Origin: an uncultured virus (IMG/VR IMGVR_UViG_3300044608_001664) | Taxonomy: Duplodnaviria; Heunggongvirae; Uroviricota; Caudoviricetes; Schitoviridae | Length of the DNA stretch: 64,000 nt | Virus record (IMG/VR): IMGVR_UViG_3300044608_001664 | Reading direction: 5' to 3' (one strand) | Shown: positions 1-9,678 of the stretch, one piece after another | Layout of the letters: each line of letters opens with the position of its first letter | Numbering within the stretch: position 1 is the first letter of the stretch | Notes under the pieces: generated by a model | What the model was told of the DNA's origin: nothing | The model's database searches: none | Seen by the model: the letters and a program-made list of their open reading frames with translations, nothing else | Made by a program: the position numbers and the translations under genes

Positions 1-293
1 CCCAAATCGAACTGTTCTTTCCCAAATCTCTGGAAGCCAAGAAAGATGCACTCAAGATGGCCCGAGTTGTGGAGGAATACCACATTGTTGGGGAAATCGA
101 AAATCAATGGGTAGACCTACGGGCAGCATATGCCCAAACCGTCAACAAATCCCAAGGGAGCACGTATGATCGTGTGTTTGTCGATCTGGACGATATTGCC
201 AAATGCAATAGCGGTGACCAGATTGCTCGCATGTTATATGTGGGTGTATCTCGTGCTCGTGAACAGGTATATCTCACAGGAGATTTAGTGTGA
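1..293 (+). CDS. C-terminal part of SF1 (Dda/RecD-like) DNA helicase, truncated by the window start
   Basis: Motifs AYAQTVNKSQGSTYDRVFVD and LYVGVSRA (SF1 motifs V/VI); lies upstream of the polymerase as in N4-like phages. Confidence 0.9.
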   Translation, partial: QIELFFPKSLEAKKDALKMARVVEEYHIVGEIENQWVDLRAAYAQTVNKSQGSTYDRVFVDLDDIAKCNSGDQIARMLYVGVSRAREQVYLTGDLV

Positions 294-490
294 AAACAGT
301 CTATGTCTGTACCGCTTGTGGTAGTGCCAATGTGCTGACCGACGCATTTGTTCATGCAAATGATCCGGATGATGTCCGGACTTACGACGATCAGTATTGC
401 GAGCACTGCGAATGCTCTTGCAAAACTCAATCCGTTGAAGTCTCTGATGACTTCGATATTTACAACGATATCTACCAAGAAAGTACCTAG
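290..490 (+). CDS. small putative zinc-ribbon protein
   Basis: CxxC...CxxC pairs; GTG start overlapping the helicase stop. Confidence 0.6.
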   Translation: MKTVYVCTACGSANVLTDAFVHANDPDDVRTYDDQYCEHCECSCKTQSVEVSDDFDIYNDIYQEST

Positions 491-493
491 CCC

Positions 494-1012
494 ATGAGTG
501 AAGTGCTACAGCACGATCCTCGCACCAAAAAGCAGATCAAGGACATGCTGTTTGCCTTCCTCTACGAGCCGGTCGAGAAGCAGTTTAAACAACGGTTGGA
601 TGCCCTGATCATACGTAACACCTTGATCACCGGGGTATCCCACCAATCTTTCACCTACAAGGGGAACCTGTACAACATGGACATTTCCCCTGTTCCTCGC
701 AAGTTGACTCGGTTGGTTCCTCAACTTGTTCCTGATATGGAGGCATATCTGGCTGACCTGAAACAACTCAATGATAAGGAAATTCCCTATGTCGTTGGTT
801 TCATCAATCAAGTCTTGAATGCCTCCAACGATCTGCATGATTACCTTCGGGTATTCCCTCAATCGCTTCATCAGCCTATTCAAAAGCTGATTGATTCATA
901 CCCTTGCCGAACCAAAAGGCTGACTGATGAAGAGGTACGAGAAATGCAGACACGAAACCAACAATATATTGACCTTGTAAAACAACGCATGGTCACCAAC
1001 CTGCTTATTTAA
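494..1012 (+). CDS. conserved N4-like hypothetical protein between helicase and polymerase
   Basis: 172-aa ORF in tight operon; synteny. Confidence 0.7.
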   Translation: MSEVLQHDPRTKKQIKDMLFAFLYEPVEKQFKQRLDALIIRNTLITGVSHQSFTYKGNLYNMDISPVPRKLTRLVPQLVPDMEAYLADLKQLNDKEIPYVVGFINQVLNASNDLHDYLRVFPQSLHQPIQKLIDSYPCRTKRLTDEEVREMQTRNQQYIDLVKQRMVTNLLI

Positions 1013-1023
1013 GGAAATCCGGT

Positions 1024-3759
1024 ATGCGCCACATTTTGTTTCAGGCATCAGATCGTCACCCGTTGGCGCTATTGGTCAAAAGCACTGCCTTCAAGCAACA
1101 GGAGTTGGAATCCAACTACGTGGCTCACCTAATGAGCCTCGGCATTTCGAGGGCAGACATCATTGCCTTCACCCTGGATTACGACGAGAACGGCAAGGCT
1201 TCGGTCAAGTACATGAAAGAGTACCTGGCCAAGCTATTGCCTGCCCTTCAGTCGTTGGGCACCACTACCCTGTATGTCACCGATGGTGCCTACTTCAAGG
1301 TGCTCACCAAGGAAGGCAAAGCCGAACCCCATTTTGGCTATGTCCTTCCCTGCAAGATCGAGGGTTTCGAGCACATGAATATCGTGCTTGGGTTGAATTA
1401 CCAGCAGTTGATTTACAACCCGGATCTGCAAACCAAGCTGACCCTGAGTATCAATACCCTGGCTTCACACCTGCAAGGGAGCTACCAGGCACTCGGGGCC
1501 AACATCATCCACTCGTCAAGCTACCCAGAAACGCCACAATCCACCGCTGCTGCGCTCAGGGGCATCCTGGAATATCCAAGCCTCACCTGTGACATTGAAG
1601 CCTTCTCGCTGCGTTTTGAGGAGGCTGGCATTGGCACCATTGCCTTTGCCTGGGATGAACACAACGGGATTGCTTTTACGTGTGACTACCAGCGCATCTG
1701 GAATATCGATGGCACCCTCACCGATACCACGGGGGTAATGGATATCGACATTGCTGCATACCATGGCTTCTATGCCAGCAATCCTGAAATCCGTGGCTTG
1801 CTCAAGGAGTTCTTCACCCACTATCAAGGAAAGTTGATCTGGCACAACGCTGCCTATGATGTGAAAGTAATCATCTACACCCTCTGGATGAAGGATGCCC
1901 TGGATACCCAAGGATTGCTGGAAGGACTAGAAATCATGTCCCGGCATATCGATGACACCAAGATCATCGCTTACCTGGCTACCAACTCCACGGCAGGTAA
2001 TGTGCTGGGCTTGAAACCCCTGGCTCATGAGTTCGCTGGCAACTGGGCAGTCGAGGAAATCACCGATATCCGGAAGATCCCGCTCAAGGAGCTGCTCCAG
2101 TACAACTTGGTGGATACCCTTTCCACTTGGTACGTGCACAAAAAGTACTACCCGGTCATGGTTCAGGACAACCAGGAGGGGCTGTATCACTCCCTGATGC
2201 TACCTAGCCTGAAGCTGATCATCCAGATCGAGCTGACCGGGATGCCAATGAATCGGGAGCGTATTCAGTTTGCCAAGCAGAAGTTGGAGTCCCTTTCCAA
2301 CGGGTATTTGAACAAGCTGAAGAACAGCCCAGTCATCAAGATGTTCAATCTGCTACTCCGTAAATCGGAATGGGAAAAGGACTTCGAAGGACGCAAGGCG
2401 AAAGCCAAGAATCCCGACAAGATCATGCCCAAGCAGATCGAAGCCTTCGATATCAAGGAGTTCAACCCGAACAGTGGGCCACAGCTTCAACGACTGCTCT
2501 ACGAGATGATGGGCTTGCCTGTCATTGACCTGACCGACACCAAGCAACCTGCCACCGGGAAAGACACACTGGAGAAGCTACGAAACCATACCCAGGAAGC
2601 TACCTATCTGGAAATCATTGATTGCCTGATTGGCTTCACCGGGGTGGACAAGATCCTGACTGCCTTCATCCCCAACTTTGAGAAAGCGTTGGATAAGGGT
2701 GATGGCTGTGTTTGGCTTCACGGTAGTTTCAACCTGGGTGGCACGGTATCCGGACGCCTCAGTTCCAGTAAGCCCAACCTGCAACAGATTCCTGCCAACT
2801 CCGAATTCGGCAAGCTAATCAAAGAGTGCTTCATGGCTCCGGAAGGCTGGCTATTCAGTGGTGCTGACTTCAATTCTCTGGAGGATTACATCAGTGCACT
2901 TACGACAAAAGATCCGAACAAGCTGGATGTTTATATCAAGGGCTTTGATGGTCATTGCCTTCGGGCTGCTTACTACTTCCGGGATCTTTTACCTGATATT
3001 GATGTTAGCGATCCCAAGTCGGTAAACAGCATCAAGAAGGTAGCTCCGGAACTGCGACAGGAATCGAAGACTCCGACCTTTGCACTAACCTACCAAGGCA
3101 CCTACCACACGTTGATGGCCAACCTGGGATGGGAAGAAGCCAAGGCCAAGGCGATTGAGACTGCGTATCACGAACTGTACAAAGTATCGGACCAGTACGT
3201 GCAATCCCGGCTGATGCAAGCCAGCAAGGATGGATACGTGGAGGTAGCCTTCGGGCTACGTGTGCGAACTCCCCTGCTGAAGCAAGTCATCTTCAATGGG
3301 GCCAAGATGCCCTATGAGGCTGCTGCTGAAGGACGTACTGCAGGAAACGCACTGGGCCAGTCCTATGGCTTGCTGAACAACCGGGCAGCAGTGGAGTTCA
3401 TGCAGAAGGTCTGGAATTCCCCCTACCGCTATGACATCAAGCCAGTAGCTCTGATTCACGATGCCATCTACCTACTGATCCGGGACCGGATTGATGTGGT
3501 GGAGTGGGCCAACCGTGAATTAATCAAGTCAATGCAATGGCAAGAGCTTCCTGAAATCCAGCATGACACCGTGAAACTTGGTGCTGCACTGGATATCTTC
3601 TGGCCAGATTGGGCACACCCCATCACGTTGCCGAATAACGCCGATCAAAACACGATCAAGAAAATCTGCAATGAAGCCAAGGAAGCCCATGAAAGTAGCC
3701 AAACTAAGCACAGGGAAAGTTGTGCAGATGTTGAAAGGTCCACAATGTGTGCTGTTTGA
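1024..3759 (+). CDS. family A DNA polymerase with 3'-5' exonuclease (N4 gp39-like)
   Basis: Exo motifs DIE and HNAAYD; pol motifs TVSGRLSS..PNLQQ, DFNSLE, RQESKTPTFALTY, IHDA. Confidence 0.95.
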   Translation: MRHILFQASDRHPLALLVKSTAFKQQELESNYVAHLMSLGISRADIIAFTLDYDENGKASVKYMKEYLAKLLPALQSLGTTTLYVTDGAYFKVLTKEGKAEPHFGYVLPCKIEGFEHMNIVLGLNYQQLIYNPDLQTKLTLSINTLASHLQGSYQALGANIIHSSSYPETPQSTAAALRGILEYPSLTCDIEAFSLRFEEAGIGTIAFAWDEHNGIAFTCDYQRIWNIDGTLTDTTGVMDIDIAAYHGFYASNPEIRGLLKEFFTHYQGKLIWHNAAYDVKVIIYTLWMKDALDTQGLLEGLEIMSRHIDDTKIIAYLATNSTAGNVLGLKPLAHEFAGNWAVEEITDIRKIPLKELLQYNLVDTLSTWYVHKKYYPVMVQDNQEGLYHSLMLPSLKLIIQIELTGMPMNRERIQFAKQKLESLSNGYLNKLKNSPVIKMFNLLLRKSEWEKDFEGRKAKAKNPDKIMPKQIEAFDIKEFNPNSGPQLQRLLYEMMGLPVIDLTDTKQPATGKDTLEKLRNHTQEATYLEIIDCLIGFTGVDKILTAFIPNFEKALDKGDGCVWLHGSFNLGGTVSGRLSSSKPNLQQIPANSEFGKLIKECFMAPEGWLFSGADFNSLEDYISALTTKDPNKLDVYIKGFDGHCLRAAYYFRDLLPDIDVSDPKSVNSIKKVAPELRQESKTPTFALTYQGTYHTLMANLGWEEAKAKAIETAYHELYKVSDQYVQSRLMQASKDGYVEVAFGLRVRTPLLKQVIFNGAKMPYEAAAEGRTAGNALGQSYGLLNNRAAVEFMQKVWNSPYRYDIKPVALIHDAIYLLIRDRIDVVEWANRELIKSMQWQELPEIQHDTVKLGAALDIFWPDWAHPITLPNNADQNTIKKICNEAKEAHESSQTKHRESCADVERSTMCAV

Positions 3760-3868
3760 CTCTGGGGAACATTTTCTGGTGTGTGATCAACTCACTTCCA
3801 GGATTCAAAAATGTATTCCCTACTGGGTCAGCAGCACCCTTATAGTCTGGTCACTGGAATTTAAGTAG
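3689..3868 (+). CDS. small hypothetical protein (59 aa) overlapping the polymerase 3' end
   Basis: ATG at 3689 preceded by AAGGA; MKVAKLSTGK... Confidence 0.5.
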   Translation: MKVAKLSTGKVVQMLKGPQCVLFDSGEHFLVCDQLTSRIQKCIPYWVSSTLIVWSLEFK

Positions 3869-3875
3869 CTACCAA

Positions 3876-3977
3876 TGAGTTCCCATTACCAGGGGTTCCT
3901 GGAGGCAAACCAAATGTCACAAACCGTGCCTCGGGAGTAAGACGGGAGGGCCAGGAATCCCGCGTAATGGGAACTCA
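3876..3977 (+). ncRNA. candidate structured RNA (long interrupted hairpin)
   Basis: 14-bp perfect stem TGAGTTCCCATTAC/GTAATGGGAACTCA plus 11-bp stem GGGGTTCCTGG/CCAGGAATCCC with one G-U; followed by a terminator. Confidence 0.5.
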
Positions 3978-3985
3978 CTAATTAC

Positions 3986-4009
3986 AAGCCACCTTCGGGT
4001 GGCTTTTTT
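3986..4009 (+). terminator. intrinsic terminator
   Basis: AAGCCACC-TTCG-GGTGGCTT then T run. Confidence 0.9.
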
Positions 4010-4027
4010 CTTTTCTGGAAGCCCTTT

Positions 4028-4432
4028 ATGGAACAGGAACTTCCCCTAGGAACCTCTCGGCGTAACGAGATCATCGAGCGTCTGCAAAGTCGCTGCGAGA
4101 TTGTTGATACCGGGTTCCTACTTAATGACTCCCCTTCTCCCTGTCATCTGTGGACCGGACCTACTTCCGGTAATGGTCGGGGAGGCAACTATGGCCGCAT
4201 GAGCCTAAACGGGCAGACCGTGGCTACCCATATCGTTGCCTACACCCACTACTACGGTTACGTGCCGAGCAAGAAGCAAATCGACCACCTCTGCAATCAG
4301 CGGCTTTGCTGCAATCCAGCTCACCTGGAATTGACCTCCCATCTGACAAATCAACGGCGTCGTGCGCAACGAGCCAAAGAAACCTCTTCTTCAATGAAGC
4401 CTTCCCTGTGGGGGCTTTCCTCACATTCATAG
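4028..4432 (+). CDS. HNH (His-Me finger) endonuclease
   Basis: CHLWTG...YGRM...THIVAY...IDHLCNQRLCCNPAHL. Confidence 0.85.
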   Translation: MEQELPLGTSRRNEIIERLQSRCEIVDTGFLLNDSPSPCHLWTGPTSGNGRGGNYGRMSLNGQTVATHIVAYTHYYGYVPSKKQIDHLCNQRLCCNPAHLELTSHLTNQRRRAQRAKETSSSMKPSLWGLSSHS

Positions 4433-4441
4433 GACACTCCC

Positions 4442-6886
4442 ATGCAAGTCACTCATCAGAACGAACACGTTACCCATGCCGTCATCGGGGGCAAACAGAC
4501 CATCGATTTCGGGATCTCCAGTAGTGCTGAATTCTTCAACATTCTCTCCAGCACGCTGTATTCGGATCAGATCCTGGCCGTGGTCCGTGAAGTGCTCTGC
4601 AATGCGTGGGATGCCCACATCGAGGCAGGCTGTACGGATAAGCCGGTCGAAGTCACCCTGACTAACGACAAGTTCGTGATCAAGGACTTCGGCAAGGGCA
4701 TCCACCATGACGACATGGGCCTGATTTATGGCACCTATGGCAATTCCACCAAGAAGAACGATGGCAAGCAGACAGGTGGCTTCGGCCTGGGGTGCAAAGC
4801 TCCCTTTGCCTACACCGACCACTTCGAAGTGATCTCTTGCCACGATGGTATCAAGACCATCTACACCCTGTCCAAATCCTCGGCACAGGCACAAGGCAAG
4901 CCAGGGATTACTCCTATCGCATCCTTCCCTACTGAAGATACGGGCCTGCAAGTCAGTATCCGTGTCAAAAACCTACAGGATCACGGTCGTTTTCTTAATT
5001 TGATTCACCGAATCACCAGTCAAGGAGACATGAATGTTTCCCTGAATGGGGAGTTGGTAGAAAAAATAGGTTTTGATGCAAGTCAGCAAAACTACACCAT
5101 CAGATTGGCAAGCACATTTGGCCATGATGGTAACGCAATCAAAATTCGCTATGGCAATGTGGTGTACCCGGTCACCCTCTGTCAGGAGATTGGGCCTGAG
5201 TACAACGCTGTCCTACGATTCCTGAATAGCCTGGGGAATGGGAATTACGCCATTCTTTTCCAGGCTGCTCCTCATAGCATTTCCGTTACGCCCAGTCGTG
5301 AATCCCTGTCCATGCAGGAACACACCATTAATTCATTGAAAACCTTGTTTAATGGTTTCCTGGATATGGTGAATCGGGAATTTCATCCTGCCTGTCTGAG
5401 AGTTGCGAAGGAAACAGTTGAAAAAGCAGTCACTGAGAAAAGAATAGGTGATTTGCTCAATCGACAAAAAGCCCTTCCCATCAAATCCTCCGTAATGCAC
5501 CAATCTATCCTTTCCACCGTGGATGAGATGGCACAGCAGCACATGGCACTGGTTTATCCGGGGGATTTGAAATTCCATAAGGAAGACATCAAACACCGTC
5601 TGGAAATGATGGTAAAGGCCAATCTGCTTCAACGGGGATCGGTGCAGTCTTACCTGCGTGATCTGGAAAAGGTGGAGGTGAATTACACCGCCCGGCACTG
5701 CCACCAGGAACAAAATTCCTGGCTGCATCGGAAAGTTTTCGCCCCTCTGGTATCCAAGCTGATGAAGGCAGGACTGGACACCTCTCGGCTATACGTCTGT
5801 GACAACAGGGATGTGAATTGCCGTGATGCCTACGGGAGAGACTATCGTAATTCCTATCTGGTTCCAGTGAAGCAAGCGTGTCCTGCTCACCATATTGCAA
5901 CGCTGCCTTACCTTCGCAATATCGTGGTACTCGCTACAGCCAAATCCGGACTAATTGATCGGGTATTTCGTCATGAGGTGTTCAAGCAGCTCGGTAGGGA
6001 GTTCGGATTCCTGTTCTACCACGTAGGGATGAAAGCTGCAGATAAAGAAGCTGCAGTGGAATTCTTTAAAACCAGTGGAATGGAGGTAGTGGATCTCACT
6101 TTCCGTCAGGATTGGGAAGAAGCTCCTGAGCCACGTACTACAGTCAAACGGAACCCAACCAAGAAAGGGGTTGTACTCCTAAGTGCACTGAAAGATCCTC
6201 ATAGTCCTTATCGGATTGACACCCGGCGATATCAAGCAGAAGACGCTGCACGGACAGAAGACCCAAAGTTCATTGTTCAAGTGTCCTTCCGGAGCAATGT
6301 TTCTAATTATGAATTGGAGACTTTCAACAGCCAAATCTCTGCTTTGATTGTCAATATGTTCGGGGATCAAGGAGGTATATGTAATTCCACTTCTGTTAAA
6401 GATGGATGGAAAGCCAAAGGGTGTAAAGCCCTGAAAACATTCCTGGAAGAGAAAGTATGCGAATACATCAACGCCAGTACTGCCATTAAGGAGTACTGGG
6501 AATTTCATCCTGAGCGGGTAGCTCCCACTTTGGATCGGCATGATGAAATGAGTCTGATCCGGGGTATCTATCGTAGTGAGCAACTTCGAAAGAAGTTCTC
6601 CCTTATTAACAACCTGACTCAGGAGGATTTAAATTACCTGGCTCTGTGGAATGCCTTGTTATCAACCGGGCGATATTATGCTCGGGCAGATAACGTGCAA
6701 GCCACCTCGGATACGCTAAACAGTATCCCGCTTCATCAAGCCAACACTGATCTGGTGAAAAAGATTTCTGGTAATCCGTTGTTGGGAATCTTGGATATTG
6801 CTGAAGTTGTCCTTGTCTTAAATTCCTCGTCTGATCAGGCTTTAATTGACAAAACCATCGCGGTTATTGATACCGTGATTTCATAA
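4442..6886 (+). CDS. rIIA: RIIA-like protein with N-terminal GHKL ATPase domain
   Basis: LYSD..AVVREVLCNAWDAH, IKDFGKGI, STK, GGFGLGCKAPFAY. Confidence 0.9.
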   Translation: MQVTHQNEHVTHAVIGGKQTIDFGISSSAEFFNILSSTLYSDQILAVVREVLCNAWDAHIEAGCTDKPVEVTLTNDKFVIKDFGKGIHHDDMGLIYGTYGNSTKKNDGKQTGGFGLGCKAPFAYTDHFEVISCHDGIKTIYTLSKSSAQAQGKPGITPIASFPTEDTGLQVSIRVKNLQDHGRFLNLIHRITSQGDMNVSLNGELVEKIGFDASQQNYTIRLASTFGHDGNAIKIRYGNVVYPVTLCQEIGPEYNAVLRFLNSLGNGNYAILFQAAPHSISVTPSRESLSMQEHTINSLKTLFNGFLDMVNREFHPACLRVAKETVEKAVTEKRIGDLLNRQKALPIKSSVMHQSILSTVDEMAQQHMALVYPGDLKFHKEDIKHRLEMMVKANLLQRGSVQSYLRDLEKVEVNYTARHCHQEQNSWLHRKVFAPLVSKLMKAGLDTSRLYVCDNRDVNCRDAYGRDYRNSYLVPVKQACPAHHIATLPYLRNIVVLATAKSGLIDRVFRHEVFKQLGREFGFLFYHVGMKAADKEAAVEFFKTSGMEVVDLTFRQDWEEAPEPRTTVKRNPTKKGVVLLSALKDPHSPYRIDTRRYQAEDAARTEDPKFIVQVSFRSNVSNYELETFNSQISALIVNMFGDQGGICNSTSVKDGWKAKGCKALKTFLEEKVCEYINASTAIKEYWEFHPERVAPTLDRHDEMSLIRGIYRSEQLRKKFSLINNLTQEDLNYLALWNALLSTGRYYARADNVQATSDTLNSIPLHQANTDLVKKISGNPLLGILDIAEVVLVLNSSSDQALIDKTIAVIDTVIS

Positions 6887-6895
6887 GGAACCAAA

Positions 6896-8647
6896 ATGAA
6901 GTCGAATACTATTCGTGTGGTGGCTGCTGTAGTCGATACTGCACAGCTCACTCTTTATAAAGAAAACGGGGAAACCCTTGTACTTCCCCAAGGTGATCCA
7001 CGCATTCGCAAAATCGTGGATGAAGTAGCCCCAGGACTACTCAAAGATGGGTATGCTGATGTAGACCTGTCTCAGGAAAATACCTACAGTGAATTTGAGA
7101 ATCAAACCAGTGGAGGTATCAAACTGTTCCGTGTTGCCAAGGCAAAGCTGAAAAGCATGTTTGGTTTTGGCAAACAGGAAAAGGCACAAGTGGATGATCT
7201 GAGCATAGGTGTGATCCCGAACCAGCTCAAACAGACACAGGCTGCAGTTGCAGAGATCCTGGAACATGCAGTTCCTGTAACCTCCGGTGAATTCCACGAA
7301 ACCACGGTTGCCCAGCAGGGAAATATCGTGGAAGAAAACGGTAAGACTCCCAAGGTTGAATCGGAAATCACTGCTCCTGAAACCATCGTGGCAGTTGTAG
7401 AGGGCAAGATCATTCCAGGGATGGAAAAGATCAAATCCCAATTCAGCCGAGCTGTCAGCAATGGTTCTACCATCGGTATGGAAAACTTCCTGAAACGGTT
7501 GAGCACCGTGATCGAGCAACGCAGTCATTCAGTGGAAGACCTCCTCAAGTTCCTGGAACGTGGGGATCTTCCGATTGCTGATGACGGTAGTATCCTGATC
7601 TACAAGGTGCTCAACCGTAAAGGTGATCGGACTAACGGCAAGTACGTGGACTGCCATACCCGCAAGGTGGAGCAGTGGACGGGTGCTTACGTCTGTATGG
7701 ACCCTTCCCTGGTCGATCCGAACCGCCGCAATGAGTGCTCCAATGGCCTGCACGTTGCCCGTCGAGGCTACGTAGGTGAGTTCAATGGTGATGTCTGTGT
7801 GCTGGCCAAGCTGGCTCCAGAGGATGTCATTGCAGTGCCTTCCTACGATGCCAACAAGATGCGTGTGTGTGGGTATCACATCCTCATGGAACTCACCCCT
7901 GCTCAATTCACTTTGCTGAAACGGAATCGCCCTCTGACTGAAGATGAAGAGGGTAAAAAGTTGCTGGCAAATGCCCTCCGTGGCCAACATATCCATAAAA
8001 CTCATGAAGTCCGGATTACCGGCCAAATGGGTGAAGGGGTACAAGTCAAGGCACTAGGGAAACAGGTTCCTGCACCGAAAGTAGAGATCCAACAGGTAGA
8101 GGCAGTTGCTCTAGCTAACCCTGCTGCAGAGGCGTTGGATCAACCTGTTGACCCCAAGGAAGTGGTAACCAAGGTAGAGCAAATGTCCCGTAAGGAGCAG
8201 GCCCAGAAGCTTTATGCTGATGGGGATGTCACAGCTCTCAAGGCACTCAAAAAAGCTGCCAAGGTAAGCTGGGACAAACTGGGTGTTCCTGATCCGGATA
8301 TCAAACCTCCGGTGAAGAAAGCCAAGGTTACAGGCAAGAACCCATCAAAAGTCATTACTGATGAACTTATCAGTGCGGCAGCTGAAGCTGTTGAACAATT
8401 TGGTGAAGATGAACTGGAACGTTATCGAGACGAACAGGAAGCCAAACCAAAAGTATCTGAACTAGTTCAGGTTACTCATGGTGAAGGCTCTCCCCGTGAG
8501 CGTATACAGAAGCTGCTTGCTATTGGTTTGACTTCAGTAGGTGTAGCTCAAGCCATCTTGGATCTGAAGAAGAAAGCCAAGAAGAGTTGGGACACACTCG
8601 GGGTAACCCCCGATCAAGTGGATCAGATCGCCAAACTGGTCAAATAA
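6896..8647 (+). CDS. rIIB: RIIB-like protein
   Basis: LPIADDGSILIYK, ECSNGLHV, PEDVIAVP.YD.NKMRVCGY; follows rIIA. Confidence 0.9.
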   Translation: MKSNTIRVVAAVVDTAQLTLYKENGETLVLPQGDPRIRKIVDEVAPGLLKDGYADVDLSQENTYSEFENQTSGGIKLFRVAKAKLKSMFGFGKQEKAQVDDLSIGVIPNQLKQTQAAVAEILEHAVPVTSGEFHETTVAQQGNIVEENGKTPKVESEITAPETIVAVVEGKIIPGMEKIKSQFSRAVSNGSTIGMENFLKRLSTVIEQRSHSVEDLLKFLERGDLPIADDGSILIYKVLNRKGDRTNGKYVDCHTRKVEQWTGAYVCMDPSLVDPNRRNECSNGLHVARRGYVGEFNGDVCVLAKLAPEDVIAVPSYDANKMRVCGYHILMELTPAQFTLLKRNRPLTEDEEGKKLLANALRGQHIHKTHEVRITGQMGEGVQVKALGKQVPAPKVEIQQVEAVALANPAAEALDQPVDPKEVVTKVEQMSRKEQAQKLYADGDVTALKALKKAAKVSWDKLGVPDPDIKPPVKKAKVTGKNPSKVITDELISAAAEAVEQFGEDELERYRDEQEAKPKVSELVQVTHGEGSPRERIQKLLAIGLTSVGVAQAILDLKKKAKKSWDTLGVTPDQVDQIAKLVK

Positions 8648-8648
8648 C

Positions 8649-8675
8649 AAAGCCCCTTCGGGGGCTTTTTCTTTT
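8649..8675 (+). terminator. intrinsic terminator
   Basis: AAAGCCCC-TTCG-GGGGCTTT plus T run. Confidence 0.9.
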
Positions 8676-8684
8676 GGAGGGTAT

Positions 8685-9005
8685 ATGCCTTACGTTGCTC
8701 AAATGCTCCATAGTTTTTCCACCAAGTTAGAAACCCCTCCTATTCCTACCAAGCGTAATACTGAGAAAGCCCGTGCTGCCAGGCAGGAAAAAGTACGAAA
8801 GTGGTTCTTGGATAACATGAAGGCAGAGTCTTGGGATACCACCACTATTGCTTCAAAAAGAGGACAAGAGAACTCTTCTTGTCTTCCTTTGTTATACGAC
8901 TTGGAAAAAGAGGGGTTTCTAACAAGAGCAGGTTTTGGTCCTCGTAAAGGTAGAGGCCGATGCCCTGTTATTTGGAAACTCACTAATCCACCTCCCTCTT
9001 CGTAG
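8685..9005 (+). CDS. putative winged-helix DNA-binding protein
   Basis: GGAGG RBS; pattern TTTIASKRG...LYDLEKEGFLTR...GRGR.PVIWKLT resembles wHTH. Confidence 0.6.
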   Translation: MPYVAQMLHSFSTKLETPPIPTKRNTEKARAARQEKVRKWFLDNMKAESWDTTTIASKRGQENSSCLPLLYDLEKEGFLTRAGFGPRKGRGRCPVIWKLTNPPPSS

Positions 9006-9028
9006 GGAGTTTTATTTTGGAGGGTGAA

Positions 9029-9244
9029 ATGATCTTCCCTACTCAAGTCAACGGAATTCCTTGTAAGTGTCATGTTGATTTTTACTCTCCTACTGAACCA
9101 GAAAAGTTCCACTTCACGGTGTTGGGTATTAATGGACATGAAGCCAAGTGGCTCCAGGCAAAAGTAACCAGAGATGATCGAGATCGTCTTATCGAAGAAT
9201 TCAAGCTAGAGGCTTTAGCGATCAAATATGGAAAGGAAGTTTAA
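9029..9244 (+). CDS. hypothetical phage protein
   Basis: GGAGG RBS, ATG at 9029. Confidence 0.6.
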   Translation: MIFPTQVNGIPCKCHVDFYSPTEPEKFHFTVLGINGHEAKWLQAKVTRDDRDRLIEEFKLEALAIKYGKEV

Positions 9245-9246
9245 AC

Positions 9247-9678
9247 ATGACCATCAACGAAATTGCACAGCGGATTTCCAAAGACTACTGGAAGCGTGAT
9301 CAATGGAACATTGAGTACTTCGATGTAGTCGGGTATTCCAATGCTCTAGTCGCAGAACTGGCGAAGCAGGGGCCGGTTGCCGAAGTGCATGCGGCACACC
9401 TGAGAAAAGCCGAGAATGGCGAGGCATGGTGCCGTGAAGTGCTGTTGTACTCAGGGAATAATCCGGGTGATTTTCTCGATGGGAAAAATTACCGCGTAAA
9501 GCTCTACACAGCACCCATCCCGCCAGTAGTACCGGAAGGCTGGAAGCTGGTGCCGATTGAACCGACAACGGAAATGATTAACGCTGGAATGCGAGTAGGA
9601 GCCTATGGGGGCTACTCGGAACGTGATTGCTATACAACCATGCTCGCTGCAGCACCCACCCCGAAGGAGGAATCATGA
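9247..9678 (+). CDS. modular accessory protein of temperate-phage type (Ea/DUF551-like)
   Basis: LYTAP...VPEGWKLVPIEPTTEMINAG...MLAAAP module. Confidence 0.7.
   Translation: MTINEIAQRISKDYWKRDQWNIEYFDVVGYSNALVAELAKQGPVAEVHAAHLRKAENGEAWCREVLLYSGNNPGDFLDGKNYRVKLYTAPIPPVVPEGWKLVPIEPTTEMINAGMRVGAYGGYSERDCYTTMLAAAPTPKEES

Noticed and set aside
1024..3759. Intein or intron in the DNA polymerase
   Set aside because: Continuous ORF of expected size with no splicing motifs seen
3876..3977. Retron msr-msd, c-di-GMP riboswitch, hammerhead or twister ribozyme
   Set aside because: No reverse transcriptase in the window; the required conserved cores were not matched by eye
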